The notes under the pieces are model-generated. The model saw only the letters and a program-made list of their open reading frames with translations. It made no database searches and was not told the DNA's origin. Source: the human T2T-CHM13v2.0 reference genome, Homo sapiens. Taken from it: a stretch of DNA of 64,000 nt. The DNA lies in assembly GCF_009914755.1 (NCBI RefSeq), contig NC_060925.1; one strand, 5' to 3'. The first letter of the stretch is position 1. Every line of letters begins with the position of its first letter. A program made the position numbers and the translations under genes. This document shows positions 35,302 through 64,000 of the stretch, in pieces.

Positions 35302-35469
35302 AGTAATATTAAAATATCCCCAAAGAAACACTATTCCAAATAGTGTTTAAGTAATAACACTACTAAATAAGTAATATTAAAGTAATATTAAAGTAATAAA
35401 TAATAACAAATAAGTAATATTAATTAGTAATATTAAAATATCCCCAAAGAAACACTATTCCAAATAGTG
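35302..35469. repeat. Perfect 44-bp direct repeat flanking an 80-bp patchwork insert
   Basis: Copies at 35302-35345 and 35426-35469. Confidence 0.95.
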
Positions 35470-36457
35470 AGTAGAGAAAAGAAATAGCTCGGCCACACTG
35501 TGTATCAATGAATATCTGTAGACTGGATTAGAGAACGTAACACCATTTAGAGCAACATCTACCTTTTAAATTCTGAATTGCAAGCGAGTTAGTTACAAAA
35601 CTTTGTGAACCCTCTGCTCTTAGTAACATCTTTCAATTTAAGGATATGGCTTTGGTGCTAGAAAGTGCTGGTTAGAAAACCAGCTCTAGCTATCCATTTC
35701 CTAATCTGAAAGTTGGGGATAATAATAGTAACTACCTCATAATGTTGCAAATACAATAATGTATGTAAAGCACTTAGCAAAATCCCTGGCAATTATAAGC
35801 ACCTCATCTATTCATCCAACTAACACTTATGAAGTTCATACTCTGCATCAGGCACTGTTACAGCAACTAGGAACAAAGCCATGAAGAAGATATACAAAGT
35901 CTCTGACCGTGTGACACATTCTAGTGAGGAAGGCAGACAATAAATAATTATGTACTCATATTTTGATGTTAGGGAATAAGACCTAAATCAATCTGAAAGG
36001 ATGATAAGGAATGGAAGGGACAATTTTAGGAAGGGCAGTCAGGCAAGAGGAAAGGGCATAATAATATCAGCTAATAGCAGTAGCAGTAGTTAAAGACTGT
36101 TGTATCTACACATCCTTTAACTACGACAAGGATCAAGTAGATTACAAATCAGAAATCTGTTTTCTAGTTATTTACAAATTTTAAGTCTGTTTAAAAACTG
36201 CCTAAAGATAATAATTAAAGCCCATTGTATTTTCTCTGTGGACAAATACTGAAACACTTTACATAGACAAAAAAGAAGACAGAACCTGGTGCTCAAACAC
36301 AGGGCCTTAAACAGGCTTCACAGATTACATCATAAGGGTATTGTGTATTAATGAACTTTCCTGATTAGGAAGTAGGTTTACTGAGTTGAGAAAGCAAAAA
36401 TTTATTCCTCCCAATAAAAAATATTAAGACATGTTCATTTGTTAAATGATGACTTAC

Positions 36458-36537
36458 TTCACTTTCAGCAAAATGCCTCTCTCCTTTCAGGCACAGTGAA
36501 GATCGTCTCAGTGTCTTCTCATCTCCGTCATCAAAAA
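36458..36537 (-). CDS. ARID4B: ARID4B exon 6 (80 nt): (V)[26 protein letters not shown]
   Basis: ctcatag|TT ... GAA|gtaagt, phase 1/0. Confidence 0.97.
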
Positions 36538-36972
36538 CTATGAGAGGGGGTAAAAATGGAAGCTACTGAAGGATTTTTTCAAAGATCAAAGAGATGACAT
36601 GTATTACAATTTTCTGAGTGCAAACAGATCTACTATTTAAGACTACATTTGGAATTCAATTCACATTTTATGTTTTCTAGTGAGTAACTTCAAATATAGA
36701 GTTATTAAAGTAACTTTTCCAATTTCTAGTGAAAAAGAAACAACATATATGAAATGAAAACATCTTGTATAAAACAGGATATACCAAATAAAAATAAGAA
36801 GTTGGTATTTCAAGAGGAAAACATTTAAATGCTAATTAACTCTTCTCAAAATGGTAAAGAAATGCCAAGTTTTCCTACTGACAGATATTGACAGATTTAC
36901 CTAAGAAAGATTACAAGTATATGCAATCAGACTGCCCCTTTAAAAAAATAACTGTATTTTCATTATTTAAAG

Positions 36973-37199
36973 TAGGGTTTCTCACCCTTAGCACTGTCAC
37001 TAGTGACATACTGCACCAGAAAATTCTCTGTTGTGGCAGGCTTGTCCTGTGCACTGCAGGATATTTAGCAGCACTCCTGGCCTCTACCCACTAGATGTCA
37101 GTAGCACCCCCTTCCCAGCTGTGACAACCTAAAATGTCTCCAGCTCCAGGCATTGCCAAATGTTCCCTGGGGGTAAATTCATCCCAGTTGAAAACTAGC
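36973..37199 (-). mobile_element. MER20 (hAT-Charlie MITE) containing a CTCF-like ccactagatgtcagt at 37088-37102
   Basis: ggcctctacccactagatg...gtgacaacc...aaatgtctccag...cattgccaaatgttccctgggg matches the MER20 reverse strand. Confidence 0.9.
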
Positions 37200-38329
37200 G
37201 ACTTAAAATACTAAAATGTCTATTAAAAGGTGATGGAAGTGTTAAGCAACTTGGCTGCAGTAATTACTTCACAATATATTTGCCTATCAAATCATCATGT
37301 TACATATACATTTATATGATTTTGTCAATTATATCTCAATAAAGTAGGGGAAAAATTTTAATAAAAATAAAGTACTTAAAGCACCCCAGCAAAACCACCA
37401 TAAGTTAACAGATATGGAATGTATGACTATTTGTATTATATGCATAAATCTGTGATATACATAAATAATTTAGGGATATGCTACATTCCTTAGAAATCAT
37501 GGGAAGACAGTAACTCTGTTTTAAATAATGTTACCAGATCTCTATTTTAGAAATTACATTTTCTGCCTACCTACTAAAATTAGATACTCTTCTTTCCTTT
37601 TCTTTTTCTGATGCTCAACAGGATCTCACGTTTATTGAGAAATGATTAATGGTTAAAAGAAAGCCAATACCCTTTCCTTACTGGCTGAACTAAAATTAGA
37701 TTCTTATACGTTACATAACAAGTTACATTATGTGAAACTGGATAAATAATTTTCAGTACATCTTTAAATGATGTAACTAAAATATACAACATAAGTGTCA
37801 CATTTAGTAGACTATTACAACCAATCACCATCTAGACTTCCTACATAGAATTGCTCACAGTCTTCTCACTTACATAAAGTCAAATATTTCCTTATGTCTC
37901 AAAATCAAATAATTTTCCCTCTATTTTCACCAGGTTTTATTCTCACACCAAAGAAGTATAAACAAAACTCACCTATTCTATCTGAAAGTTCTATCAAACT
38001 CTGAAATCACGAAAGACATTTTACTAGGTGTTTACTTTCATCTCTGAGGTCATTAAATGGTAAGAATTGTTACCTTTAATAAATAATACTGGAATAAATG
38101 GCTACCAATCTAGGACAAATACTTTTTAATCATTATTTTAGAATGTTGGAAAAAATACATACTACTGTAGGTGAAATAAAAATCTGTTTGTAAAACAAAA
38201 ATAAAAATAAATTTAAAAAGTATAAAAAATTTGAAGAATACATTAGAAAATAGATTTATAACACTGATGGAAGGCTTTAAGATTCAAAACTAAAATTACA
38301 AAATAAAAGGTGACCATACAAAAACTGAC

Positions 38330-38950
38330 TACATGAAAATTAAAAGCAGAGACAAGAATAAAGCAACAGGAGAAATATATTTATAACTGAAGTAGTAAAC
38401 AGTTAATATCCAAAATATATAAAGAACACATATACCAAAACTAATAAGAAAAAGATAAATCATCTCAAGAGAAAAAGGGAAAGAATAAAAGAGCCAGCAA
38501 CTCAAAACGGAGAAAACACAAATGAAATTATGTTCCTTTCAATAAACATATGAAAAGATGTTCAATCTCACTAGTAATCATGGGAAGGGCATACTGAAAC
38601 AAAACTGAGATACTACTTTATGTCCAAATTAGCAAAAAATTTTTTTAAATGACATAAAATCTGACAAGGATTGAGAAAACAGACAGTGTCTTTTAGGAAG
38701 GCAGTTTTCATTAACTACTAAAGTTTTTGGAGTATATTTTTCTTCAACCTCTATTTCTCAGTATGTACACTAAAGAAATACTAGGATACAGTAGGTATCC
38801 TAATTAAGTACCTAATTAGGTAAAAAAGACATTCAATCCAGCATTTATTGTAATAGTAAGAAAACTGGAAACCTCATCAGTAAGAAAAAATAAACTAGCA
38901 CATCAACTATTATAAAATACACTACTACTTTGTTTCCTGCTGGGAGCTAT

Positions 38951-39001
<51 letters not shown>

Positions 39002-39330
39002 TATATCTCTCTCTCTCTCTCTATATATATATATACACACAGTTAAAAGACATTTCTATTATAAAACAACATGAATATCCTTAACATTACTGAACTATAA
39101 ACTTAAAAATAGGTAAGATTGGGGAAAAAAAGAAATTTACCTAAGATATACTTTGAAGTAAAAAAAGCTAGAATTCCAATTGCATAATATACACATTAAA
39201 TAATTTCAATTTTTGTTACATATACATACATATACTTTGGAAATAAATTTTTAAAAGATGTGGAAAGATAAAATCCAGTAACAGTAATAATATCTAGGGT
39301 ATTAAGAAGTGAATCCAGGAAATTTCATTT
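38330..39330 (+). mobile_element. Old L1M (L1ME-like) 3' region
   Basis: caataaacatatgaaaagatgttcaatctcactagtaatca is the typical L1 ORF2 end; degraded 3'UTR follows. Confidence 0.75.
38948..39040. repeat. Compound STR: (AGAT)12 then TA, TC and TA tracts
   Basis: (AGAT)12 at 38953-39000 by direct count. Confidence 0.95.
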
Positions 39331-39395
39331 TATTTGTATTAAGTTTTCTTTGTGTAACTAAAAACACATTTTTAAAAGAAAATTTATTTTCTTAC

Positions 39396-39486
39396 CTACA
39401 GTGTACCAACTCGCATCTGTTAGTTTATTGATAACAGCTTCCTGATATGCACCATCAAGATTCTTCACTTCCACAATAGCTCCTAC
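39396..39486 (-). CDS. ARID4B: ARID4B exon 5 (91 nt): [30 protein letters not shown]
   Basis: ctttag|GTA ... TAG|gtaaga, phase 0/1. Confidence 0.97.
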
Positions 39487-39569
39487 CTAAAGTATTTTTA
39501 AACATGTTAGAAAAACTTTTAAAAGGTAAATTAACAAACCAAAACCTGGGTTTGTTTTCTTTTAACTGA

Positions 39570-40095
<526 letters not shown>

Positions 40096-40625
40096 TCTGT
40101 GAAACTGACTGTCCTTGCCCCGTATTTCCACTCTTCTTTCAAGGAACCTCAGGAAGGATAGGGACAATTTAAAAATTGCTCTGGGGTTTCCTTTTGGCCC
40201 TAAACCAGCCAAAGAGCACATAGTGGTTTACCCACACATTCTCTTTTAGCTTGCTCACTGGCAAAAAGCAAAGCAGCATTTATTTCACTTGCCAATGAGG
40301 AAAAATGAATGCAAAGAAATAAAACTCTCCAACTGTTAGTGTAAAGGCTGATGACCCTTAAAAGATTTCATTTGCCAGTAGTGGCTCCAAAGAAGTAAGA
40401 GCTCCGATTTTTTTGGTTTTCTAACTTTCTCACTTTTCAGATCATCGTGGAACTGACATCACTAATCCCTAGTTCATCATCTATTAATTTTGGAAAATCC
40501 ATCATTTTAGTAATGGAAATATGGTGGATTAAGTAAATAAATGTAGTCAATGCTTCTTTGATACTCATTTTATTTCTGAATAAACTGGTTTTACTACCAT
40601 ATCAAGTATTATTTAATATTAAATC

Positions 40626-42129
<1,504 letters not shown>

Positions 42130-42959
42130 CTAGACATGGTGGAGCTGATATTTAAATGTAGGCAGTCTAGTTCCAGAACTTTACTGTGCTCTATATCATT
42201 ACAGAAATCAGAGAATGGGAAACCAGAGGTGAAAAGAGTAAGTTAAAATAATGAGTTCAAATTTAAATACTTAATTAGCTGGTGAAAAACAAGATAGCTT
42301 CCACTACTCAGTATAGAAAACAATTGTTTTCTCTAACAAGGGAAAAGAGTTCTTATAGGGATTGAATCATTAACATGGTCTTTATCAGGTATATGTGATA
42401 ATTATTTTAGGTAACAGGCAGGCCCACTCAAAAACCAGCTATGAAAGGAGATGCCTTATACCCACAGCATCCCAGGCATTTCTGTGTCATACAAAAGCAT
42501 TATCACACTTTTTATTTAAATCACATGTTTAGATATCTGTGCCCTTCACTTAAACTATAAGCTACTTACAGATGGAGACTAGGTCTTAACACTAGAGTTT
42601 CACCTTTAGATAGAGCTTAGCACATAGTAAATGTTCAACAAATGAAAACAGGTAGTGAAAACATATCAACAAATTTGTTAAAAATATATTAACTTTGAAT
42701 CATAAAGAAATTACACATGTTAAAAAATATATCCCTATATCTACTGACAAAATCACTGAATGAAATACACTTTCTTTTTCCTTGTGTATGTGTTTTAATG
42801 GACATCACCTCCACAGAAACAAATTTTTAGGGCAGCCGAAAAAATTAAAAATAAGCTTTAGATATTCATTACTTATAAAGCACAAGGTACTCTGTGCTAT
42901 CAATAGAGGCAGTAGAGTCCAGTAAGAGTTTTGTTCCTTTCATTTACAGCAAGAAATGG

Positions 42960-43228
42960 CAGGACTGCTACATGTCATTTTCCTAGTTCATTCATTACAC
43001 AGGAAATGTGCAGCTAAGGATGCAAGATGGGGCTTAAATCCAGCCTTTGCTTTGTGGGCCAAAGCATGGGTCCTGGAGTGACACAGCTCCAGTCCAAAGA
43101 GAATGTCTTTTCCAACTGGCACAAACTTGCTATCTGCATGCCAAGCGCTGCTAAGAAGGCTTTCCACCAGGAGAGAGGGCTTTTGTCTACTTCACACAAA
43201 GGTGATACATGTGCTACCAGTAGTCCTG
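42960..43228 (+). mobile_element. MER117-like hAT MITE
   Basis: TIR-like ends caggactgct / agtagtcctg; internal ggggcttaaatccagcc and cacaaaggtg...gctaccagtagtcctg. Confidence 0.6.
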
Positions 43229-44377
43229 AAAAAGTACAAACATTGATAAAAGGCTTTCTCTTCCTCTACAGGATAGTACTGGCAAAAAACAGTGCTTGGG
43301 GAATACCAGTGTGTGAAGCCAGAACAGGAAATGCACACTATAAAAGCACCAACCACCAAGCATGTGGAAACTGAAGGTAGGGTGGGGCCAAGACTAGCCC
43401 CCTACCAGTTTGTAGTTAATTTAAAGGACTTATCACAATGGTTCCTAACCAGGAGTGTAAATTAGAATCACCCAGGTAGCTTTTTCAACACATCCATGCA
43501 TAAGGAATATAGGAACAGTAAAAGCTCCAGAAGAGACTGATACCCTCCACAGAAGCACAACACCTCTACAGTCTATGTAATTGGTGAAATAAAAACCAAT
43601 GGCTTAAAAGGTATCTGCTAATCTAGATTATAAATTCCTTGAGGACAGATCAGGTCAATCTCATCCTAATATCCCCATCCTCCTTCCCACCTAAAAGTTC
43701 CCTGCAAAAGGTTTGTCACTCAATAAATTATTGACAAATGAATAAATGTCTATATTCAAGTTCACTTGTCTGGTATTTTTCAGTGCTGATAATTTATTAA
43801 AATGGAAGCAATTACACTCCTTTTTCTATATTAAGACAAAACTCAAGTACTTTAGAAAGATGTTTCAAGAAAGGCAGAGCATAAGGAGTCAACAACTAGA
43901 TGTACCTTATTTCACTGTTATCTAAGGCACCATCAATTACAAGTCACATTCTAATTTTATGGCTGAAATAGAGGGGGTGATGCCTTAAAATTGATGAACT
44001 ATGGTAGTTCCAATTCTGCCATGAATTTGGCATAATGGCCTTGGAGAAATCACTAACCCTCTCCGAGCCTCATTTTTCTTGTAATAAAATGAAGCAATTA
44101 AACTAGATGACTTCTAACTTCCTTTCCAGCTCTAAAACACTATACAAACAATAAGACGTCTATAGTGAAATGGCATTCAAAATACCAACTGTGATAATCT
44201 AATTTCTTTCCAATTATAATACTTTTAAAATAACAAAAAATGCTTTGTTTTGAGGTATTTTTACAACCTTCACTCCTAGAAACTTATTTTGCAGAAAAAT
44301 CTTAAATACACTCACCAAATAAAAGTTTACATATCAAATGCTGAACATACAATTTATGAAATCTATAAATACTGTAC

Positions 44378-44488
44378 CTTGACTTTGACAAGTCTTTTTG
44401 CTGTCTTGATCTTGGCTTCACAAAAGGCTCCTCTGTATTTAGCACTCACATCAGTGCCCACTGTCAAATAGGGAGGCTCATCAAGGGC
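44378..44488 (-). CDS. ARID4B: ARID4B exon 3 (111 nt, aa 3-39, Tudor region): [37 protein letters not shown]
   Basis: Acceptor tttttag|GCC, donor AAG|gtacag, phase 0/0. Confidence 0.97.
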
Positions 44489-44973
44489 CTAAAAATGCAA
44501 AGAAATATAATTAGATTTAAACTCTCTAATTCTTTCCCATAATCAGACCTCAGAATAGTGAGCCTAATCTTGTTAAGCTACAACAGTTATAAATATGAAA
44601 TGTATGTTAACAAGACCAATCTATAAAATACTATAAATTAAAAAACAAGTAAAATGTTTATCATAAAGACTATTTAAATGTACATCACATAAAATATAAA
44701 GGTATCTTATTTCCATTAAATACATATGGTCCATGATATGAATTAGCTCACTCACAAGTATACCCCTCTAGTCACTCATTCATTCAAATATTTATTTATT
44801 CTATGACCACTTACAAGAAAAGGGTCCGTTGGCCAGAAGGCAGATCTTTAAAGCTCAAATTCTGGGGTGGGGGGGAAATCTTCTAATATTTAGGCTGTAT
44901 CTTGGCAGTCACCCAGATTCAGAATAGCTCTGTTATATCTCTATCTAGAAAAGTCTAAGGTAGTTTAGTGTAG

Positions 44974-51667
<6,694 letters not shown>

Positions 51668-51719
51668 CCATGCAATATAACTTCAAAATATTCTCTGGGG
51701 CCATTTCTTCTCTCCTTTT

Positions 51720-53570
<1,851 letters not shown>

Positions 53571-53737
53571 TTTGTAAAGTAATATATATTTATTGGGCAT
53601 TTGCATATTTTTCTATTAATTATCTATTTATATTATTTACCCATCTTTCTGAATTGCTCATTTTTGTTTTTGTTTTTTGTTTGTCTGTTTTTTTTGCTGG
53701 ATTGTAAGAGTTACTGCATATTTTAAAACTCAACGCC

Positions 53738-57347
<3,610 letters not shown>

Positions 57348-57776
57348 CATATAGTAGCTAAGAATTATTTATTCTTACGGAACTGTACAAGTATAAAACC
57401 AAATCTGCAAACTAAATTCCACAAACCAACAAAATCAATGAAATTCAAGTAAGAACATTAATTCAATATGATGGATGATATTCTGCTACAACTACACACT
57501 CAAAACACAAATATGGCACAGACTACTTTGGACTAGCATGCTTTTAATATTGAGCACAGTGTAACGAATCAATTCTCCCACCACTTTTCCCTATGTAAAC
57601 TAGTACAAAACCTTTGCTGGAGAGATCAATGTTGCCTCATGATGTAGGAACATATCACTTACTGTGAACTCCATCTCCGTTGTTTTATAATCAAACCTGC
57701 AACAAGCGAAGTAATACTACTCACTATGAACGCTGGTTGTAAAACATAAAAAGTAATTGCAGAAACTGAAATTATA

Positions 57777-58177
<401 letters not shown>

Positions 58178-58725
58178 TAGTTCTCTGCTATCCAGATGTA
58201 CAAATGACCCAGAAAATGTTTATATTAAATCTTTTTAGCTCTCTGTATGAAATGAAATGGAAGAAACTCAAGATAAAACAATAATAAAGTATATACCTTT
58301 TGAATTTAGTGTCATTTGCATGTATTACTTGATAAAAATAATCAATTAAAAATGTAATTTTTTATTCTACACAGAGAACTTGCAAACTAGGCCAAAGAGA
58401 ATTTCGGAGAAGTCCAGTTTGATATACACTCACATAGAGGTAAAAGGATATAGAAGAATAAGGCCATAATTTGTGTAAAGAATATCTCAACTCAGCTATG
58501 GCTACGATCTGCAACCTATTAGTTGACTGATTTTTACTCCCTGATTCTCAGTTTCTCCACTTCTAAAAAGAGGGTAAATAATACCTTCTGCCTTAAAAAC
58601 ACTTTATATATAAATGTTAAGTCTGCTGCAGACTTATCTTTGAATTATGATTATCATGTGCTAAATCAAATGCATACTAAAAACAGGCACAATGGTAAGA
58701 GTAGGAAAATCCAACACTAGGCCTA

Positions 58726-58730
<5 letters not shown>

Positions 58731-58760
<30 letters not shown>

Positions 58761-58768
58761 ACGCGCAC
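58731..58768. repeat. (GT)14 followed by gcacgcgcac
   Basis: Direct count. Confidence 0.9.
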
Positions 58769-59004
58769 AGACCGCTCTGCCTATTCAATGACTATGCACA
58801 TATGAGGGACCCAACAAATCATATTTTAATAAGTAAAATAAGGACAAACTATCTTACAGATGACCAAATTTTTACGACAAAGAAGCCCACACAGCTTTAC
58901 AAAGACTAAGTCACTAACATGACAAGTATCAATTACAAGTTATTTCTCTTAACAAAGAGATATGTTCTGGCAATATGCTTTGCCAACAAGTAATTCATTA
59001 GACT

Positions 59005-59413
59005 GCTAGCCACCTGATCCAAACTGGGCCGATCGGTTTTACTCTGCTATGAAGTTAAAGCTAGGTTAACCAATTAGCCGGTAGAGAAAGGATGTGATGC
59101 AGCCTATGGTAGCCATTTTCTGGCATGCACAGGGAGAAGTAGAGAAAACCAGTCTGCTGAGAGGAAGTAAGAAATAAAACAGATGCAGAGGGGGAAAAAG
59201 TGCACATAAGAAACTGTGGGTTCTCTGAGTGACTGAGAGAATAGCTAGCCTTAGTTCCTGCTAGCTTTCCAACTGCCTCCTCAAGCCAAACTGGAGTTCC
59301 CCTCTTTGGGTACCATGAGATGCTCTGTACCCTTATAATAGATTCTCTTTTCTGCTTTTCATCACCTGAAATGGGTTCTATTACCCATAACCAAAATAGC
59401 TTTAATTAAACCC
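59005..59413 (+). mobile_element. MLT1-family (ERVL-MaLR) LTR relic
   Basis: tgatccaaactgggccgatc, tagccatttt, and a 3' end ttacccataaccaaaatagctttaattaaaccca resembling MLT1 termini. Confidence 0.6.
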
Positions 59414-59590
59414 ATCAGATGCCTATTATCAAAATAGAAATAATATCAAATACAGTTACAATTCCACAAACATTAATTGAGCACCCACAATGCCCTGGGA
59501 TATTCAGAACTTAGATCACATCTAGACAAATATTAAACCAATTCCAGTTTACATTTTTAAGCTAAACTGTCAAAATATACAAAAATCCTG

Positions 59591-61316
<1,726 letters not shown>

Positions 61317-61328
61317 TTAATGCCTTAT

Positions 61329-61330
<2 letters not shown>

Positions 61331-61372
<42 letters not shown>
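61331..61372. repeat. (TG)21 microsatellite
   Basis: Direct count. Confidence 0.95.
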
Positions 61373-61375
<3 letters not shown>

Positions 61376-62605
61376 CATTGGTTTTGTTTTACATTTTTCT
61401 CCTGATGACCTTGCCCAGCATCTTTCAGGATTTTAATGGTGGCACTAAATGGCTTTTCTTGGCCATTCCTTCCATACTACCTCACACTAAATGGAGATTC
61501 TATTAGTTGCTGAGGATATCTATTCCAACTATTCACTTAGGACCATAAGAAACAATTTCAAGATGAGTGTAAGGAAACATATTTAAGTCAAAACTCTATC
61601 AAAATGCTATTTCCTGACTCTCCATATGCACCTACTCTTACTGGTAGGTCACAGTGGTATTCTTTTGAGTCACCAGTAATTAATGGTTAAGTCAGAGCCA
61701 AAATCAGATTTTAAAACCTGAGTATTATTCCCCTATCCCACTGCACAGCTATTTAAGTAAATGTACACACACAAAGTATCATTAGCAAAGGCAAGTAGAA
61801 AGGGCCATGCTACATACAGGGGTATGTAACAGGCCTTCCAGGATACTCGGTCTTGCCTTCTTTCAATGGCCTCTCAGAACTAAACAGACTCAATTTCAAA
61901 GCATTCAATAGAATAGTTTATATTAGATTATCATCAGACCTGGAGTTTTAAAAAACTATACCAATCAAATAAGTTACTAGGTTACTTATCTACCTAGGGA
62001 TCTCAATGCACATGCAAACATTTTCAGAATTTCATTATCAAACATGCCCTCCTACCTAAATGTGTTAACCATGCCCACCTAGCCTCCGTTCTGCTGGAAT
62101 TTTCTGATCCCCACTGAGATCATGAAAAACATTTCATGGCATCCCCTCCTATAAGCATTCCCAGTGGGACAGAAAAGCCAATAAATCCCTTAAAATAGTC
62201 TAGCATTTCCCTTGCCAATCCATTTTCCCTAAGAAAATGGTGAAGAGAGAATCTACTAGACTGTGATTACCCAAGGGAGATGATAAATTCCAGGTGATAT
62301 GAGGAAGATTAACTGAGCACACACAAAAAATAGTGAACTGTTAATTTACTTATCTTAAAAACAGATAAGAAATAAACTTTACTAGTAAGTATTTCTTATG
62401 TTGATCTACAAAAGCAACACACCTTGTGAACACACACATTCTGAGGGAAAAGTGGCAGCTGCACAACACAGCAGGGTTGACAATGAAGTCTTCAATTGTC
62501 CTACCACTTTTGGCACACTGTATTTGGTATTCCTGTACATGGGAATTTTACAGATTACATTTTTCTTGTTTACATAAGTTTGTGGATTGTATTATAAACT
62601 AGAAA

Positions 62606-62966
62606 AGTGGTTCCCAAAGTATGCTCCCAGGACCAACACCATCAGCAACATCTGAAAATTTGTTTTTTTGAGACAGGGTCTCACTCACTCTGTCACCCAG
62701 GCTGGAAATCCTAACTCACTGCAGCCTCCACCTCCCAGGCTGAAGTGGTCCACCCACCTCAGCCTCCCAAAGTGCTGGGATTACAGCAAAGTGCATACAG
62801 CGCCAAGCCAACACCTGGAAATTTGTTAGAAATGCAAATTCCCAGGCACCGCTCCAGACATTCCGAATTAGAAACTCTCCGGGAGGGAAACAGCATTTTG
62901 TGTCTTAACAAGCCCTCCAGGACACTCTGATGCACCCCCCACCCCCGGCAAGACTGAGAAACACTG
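62606..62966. mobile_element. MER5A interrupted by a reverse Alu monomer (62665-62808)
   Basis: gtggttcccaaagt...ttgttagaaatgcaaatt...taacaagccctccagg...tgagaaacactg; 19-bp TSD caacaYctgRaaatttgtt. Confidence 0.88.
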
Positions 62967-63321
62967 ACCCAGAGGTTATTCCTCTAGGTCTTAAGTAGAT
63001 ATTTGTAATAGATATGCTCAGAAACTAACAGAATCTCCATTTAGTTTCCTGAACCACGTAGTATGAGGTATTCTGGTAGGAATCAAAATCTGAAAGCCAT
63101 TTTGGAAATTTCAGAAGTCATTAAAGACCTGAAAGATATCAGGATAGTGATAATGAAAACAATGTAACATACACACAAAATAAAATACGGCCATAAAGGC
63201 AGACCAATTTAAAATAATACATTATTTAAAAATTGAGAGGACTCTAGCAAAGAAATCAGCAATTGAGATAAAATAATCAACGCAAACAACTAAAGAATTA
63301 GTAAATAAAAAGCTAATCTTC

Positions 63322-63842
63322 TATGCAGAAAAAAGTTAACAGCAGACCTGAGATGGCTTTCCTTAGAAAGGGCTGCTTGCAAAGCTGGCCCTTGGCTAAG
63401 AACTCACAGGAACCTGGATTTAGGGAGGGTTCCTACCACCAACTGGTAAGAGTGGGTGGTTGTGTCTAAAACAATATGGCTTAAGCTTTCATTATCAGAG
63501 TCTAGAATTTGATATATGCCAGACATGCAGTACCTATGTGAACAGCTCCCACTAAAAACCCTGGATGCTGAGTTTTAAGGAGCTTCCCGGGTTGTAACAT
63601 TTCATGTTGTCACAATTCTTGGTTAGGGGAATTATGTGTGTCTTGTGTAACTCTACCGGGAGAAATTTGCACCTGGTTTCCTCCAGACTTTACCCAATGT
63701 ATCTTTTCCTTTTGCTGATAATGCTTCCTATCCTCTTGTAATAAATCGCAGCCGTAAACATGACTAATACAATACACTGAGTCCTGTGAGCGCACCTTGT
63801 GAATTACCAAATCTAACACTGGTGCTGGAAATATCCAACACA
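63322..63842 (+). mobile_element. Solo LTR, MER68-like (ERVL), with AATAAA at about 63740
   Basis: tgcagaaaaaagttaac...ccttagaaagg...tgcttgcaaagctggcccttggct start; ends ccaacaca. Confidence 0.75.
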
Positions 63843-64000
63843 TTCTCTTAATTCTATTATGAGCTCTTTGACAGTCATATAATGATAAAAACACTGACAG
63901 TAACTTCAAGTCTAAAACATTTGTATTACTCTTACTCCACCCATTAATAAAATAAAACATTTTAATATTATTTTATTTCCATTGTCTTATTCTTTTTAAC

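Noticed and set aside
43027-43374. 115-aa + strand ORF
   Set aside because: It largely overlaps a MER117-like MITE and has no recognisable domain
63610-63960. 116-aa - strand ORF
   Set aside because: It runs antisense through a solo LTR and has no coding features

Overview
Primate (almost certainly human) genomic DNA from inside the ARID4B gene (AT-rich interactive domain 4B, a SIN3A/HDAC complex subunit), transcribed on the minus strand. I traced 14 consecutive coding exons (exons 3-16, assuming the ATG-AAG codons lie in exon 2 outside the window). All have GT-AG boundaries and consistent phases. They total 1577 nt and encode about aa 3-528: the Tudor, RBB1NT/PWWP-like, acidic and ARID regions. 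Positions 44489-64000 are part of the long intron 2. The introns contain about 57 Alu elements or fragments, plus MIR, L2, old L1, DNA-transposon MITEs, two LTR relics and microsatellites. Most entries in the ORF track are Alu or low-complexity artefacts. I see no prokaryote-type system (CRISPR, operon, etc.) and cannot claim a new biological system. The best leads are: (1) two hairpins flanking exon 12 that pair fully only on the + (antisense) strand, with all non-Watson-Crick pairs being G-U; (2) unusual splice architecture, namely an A-tract acceptor at exon 10 inside an inverted Alu pair and exons that regenerate a donor site; (3) several template-switch scars; (4) an old/young chimeric Alu without TSDs; (5) a MADE1 element split by an Alu. 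Exon coordinates were counted base by base. Repeat boundaries are approximate (about 10-20 nt) and repeat subfamily names come from remembered consensus sequences.
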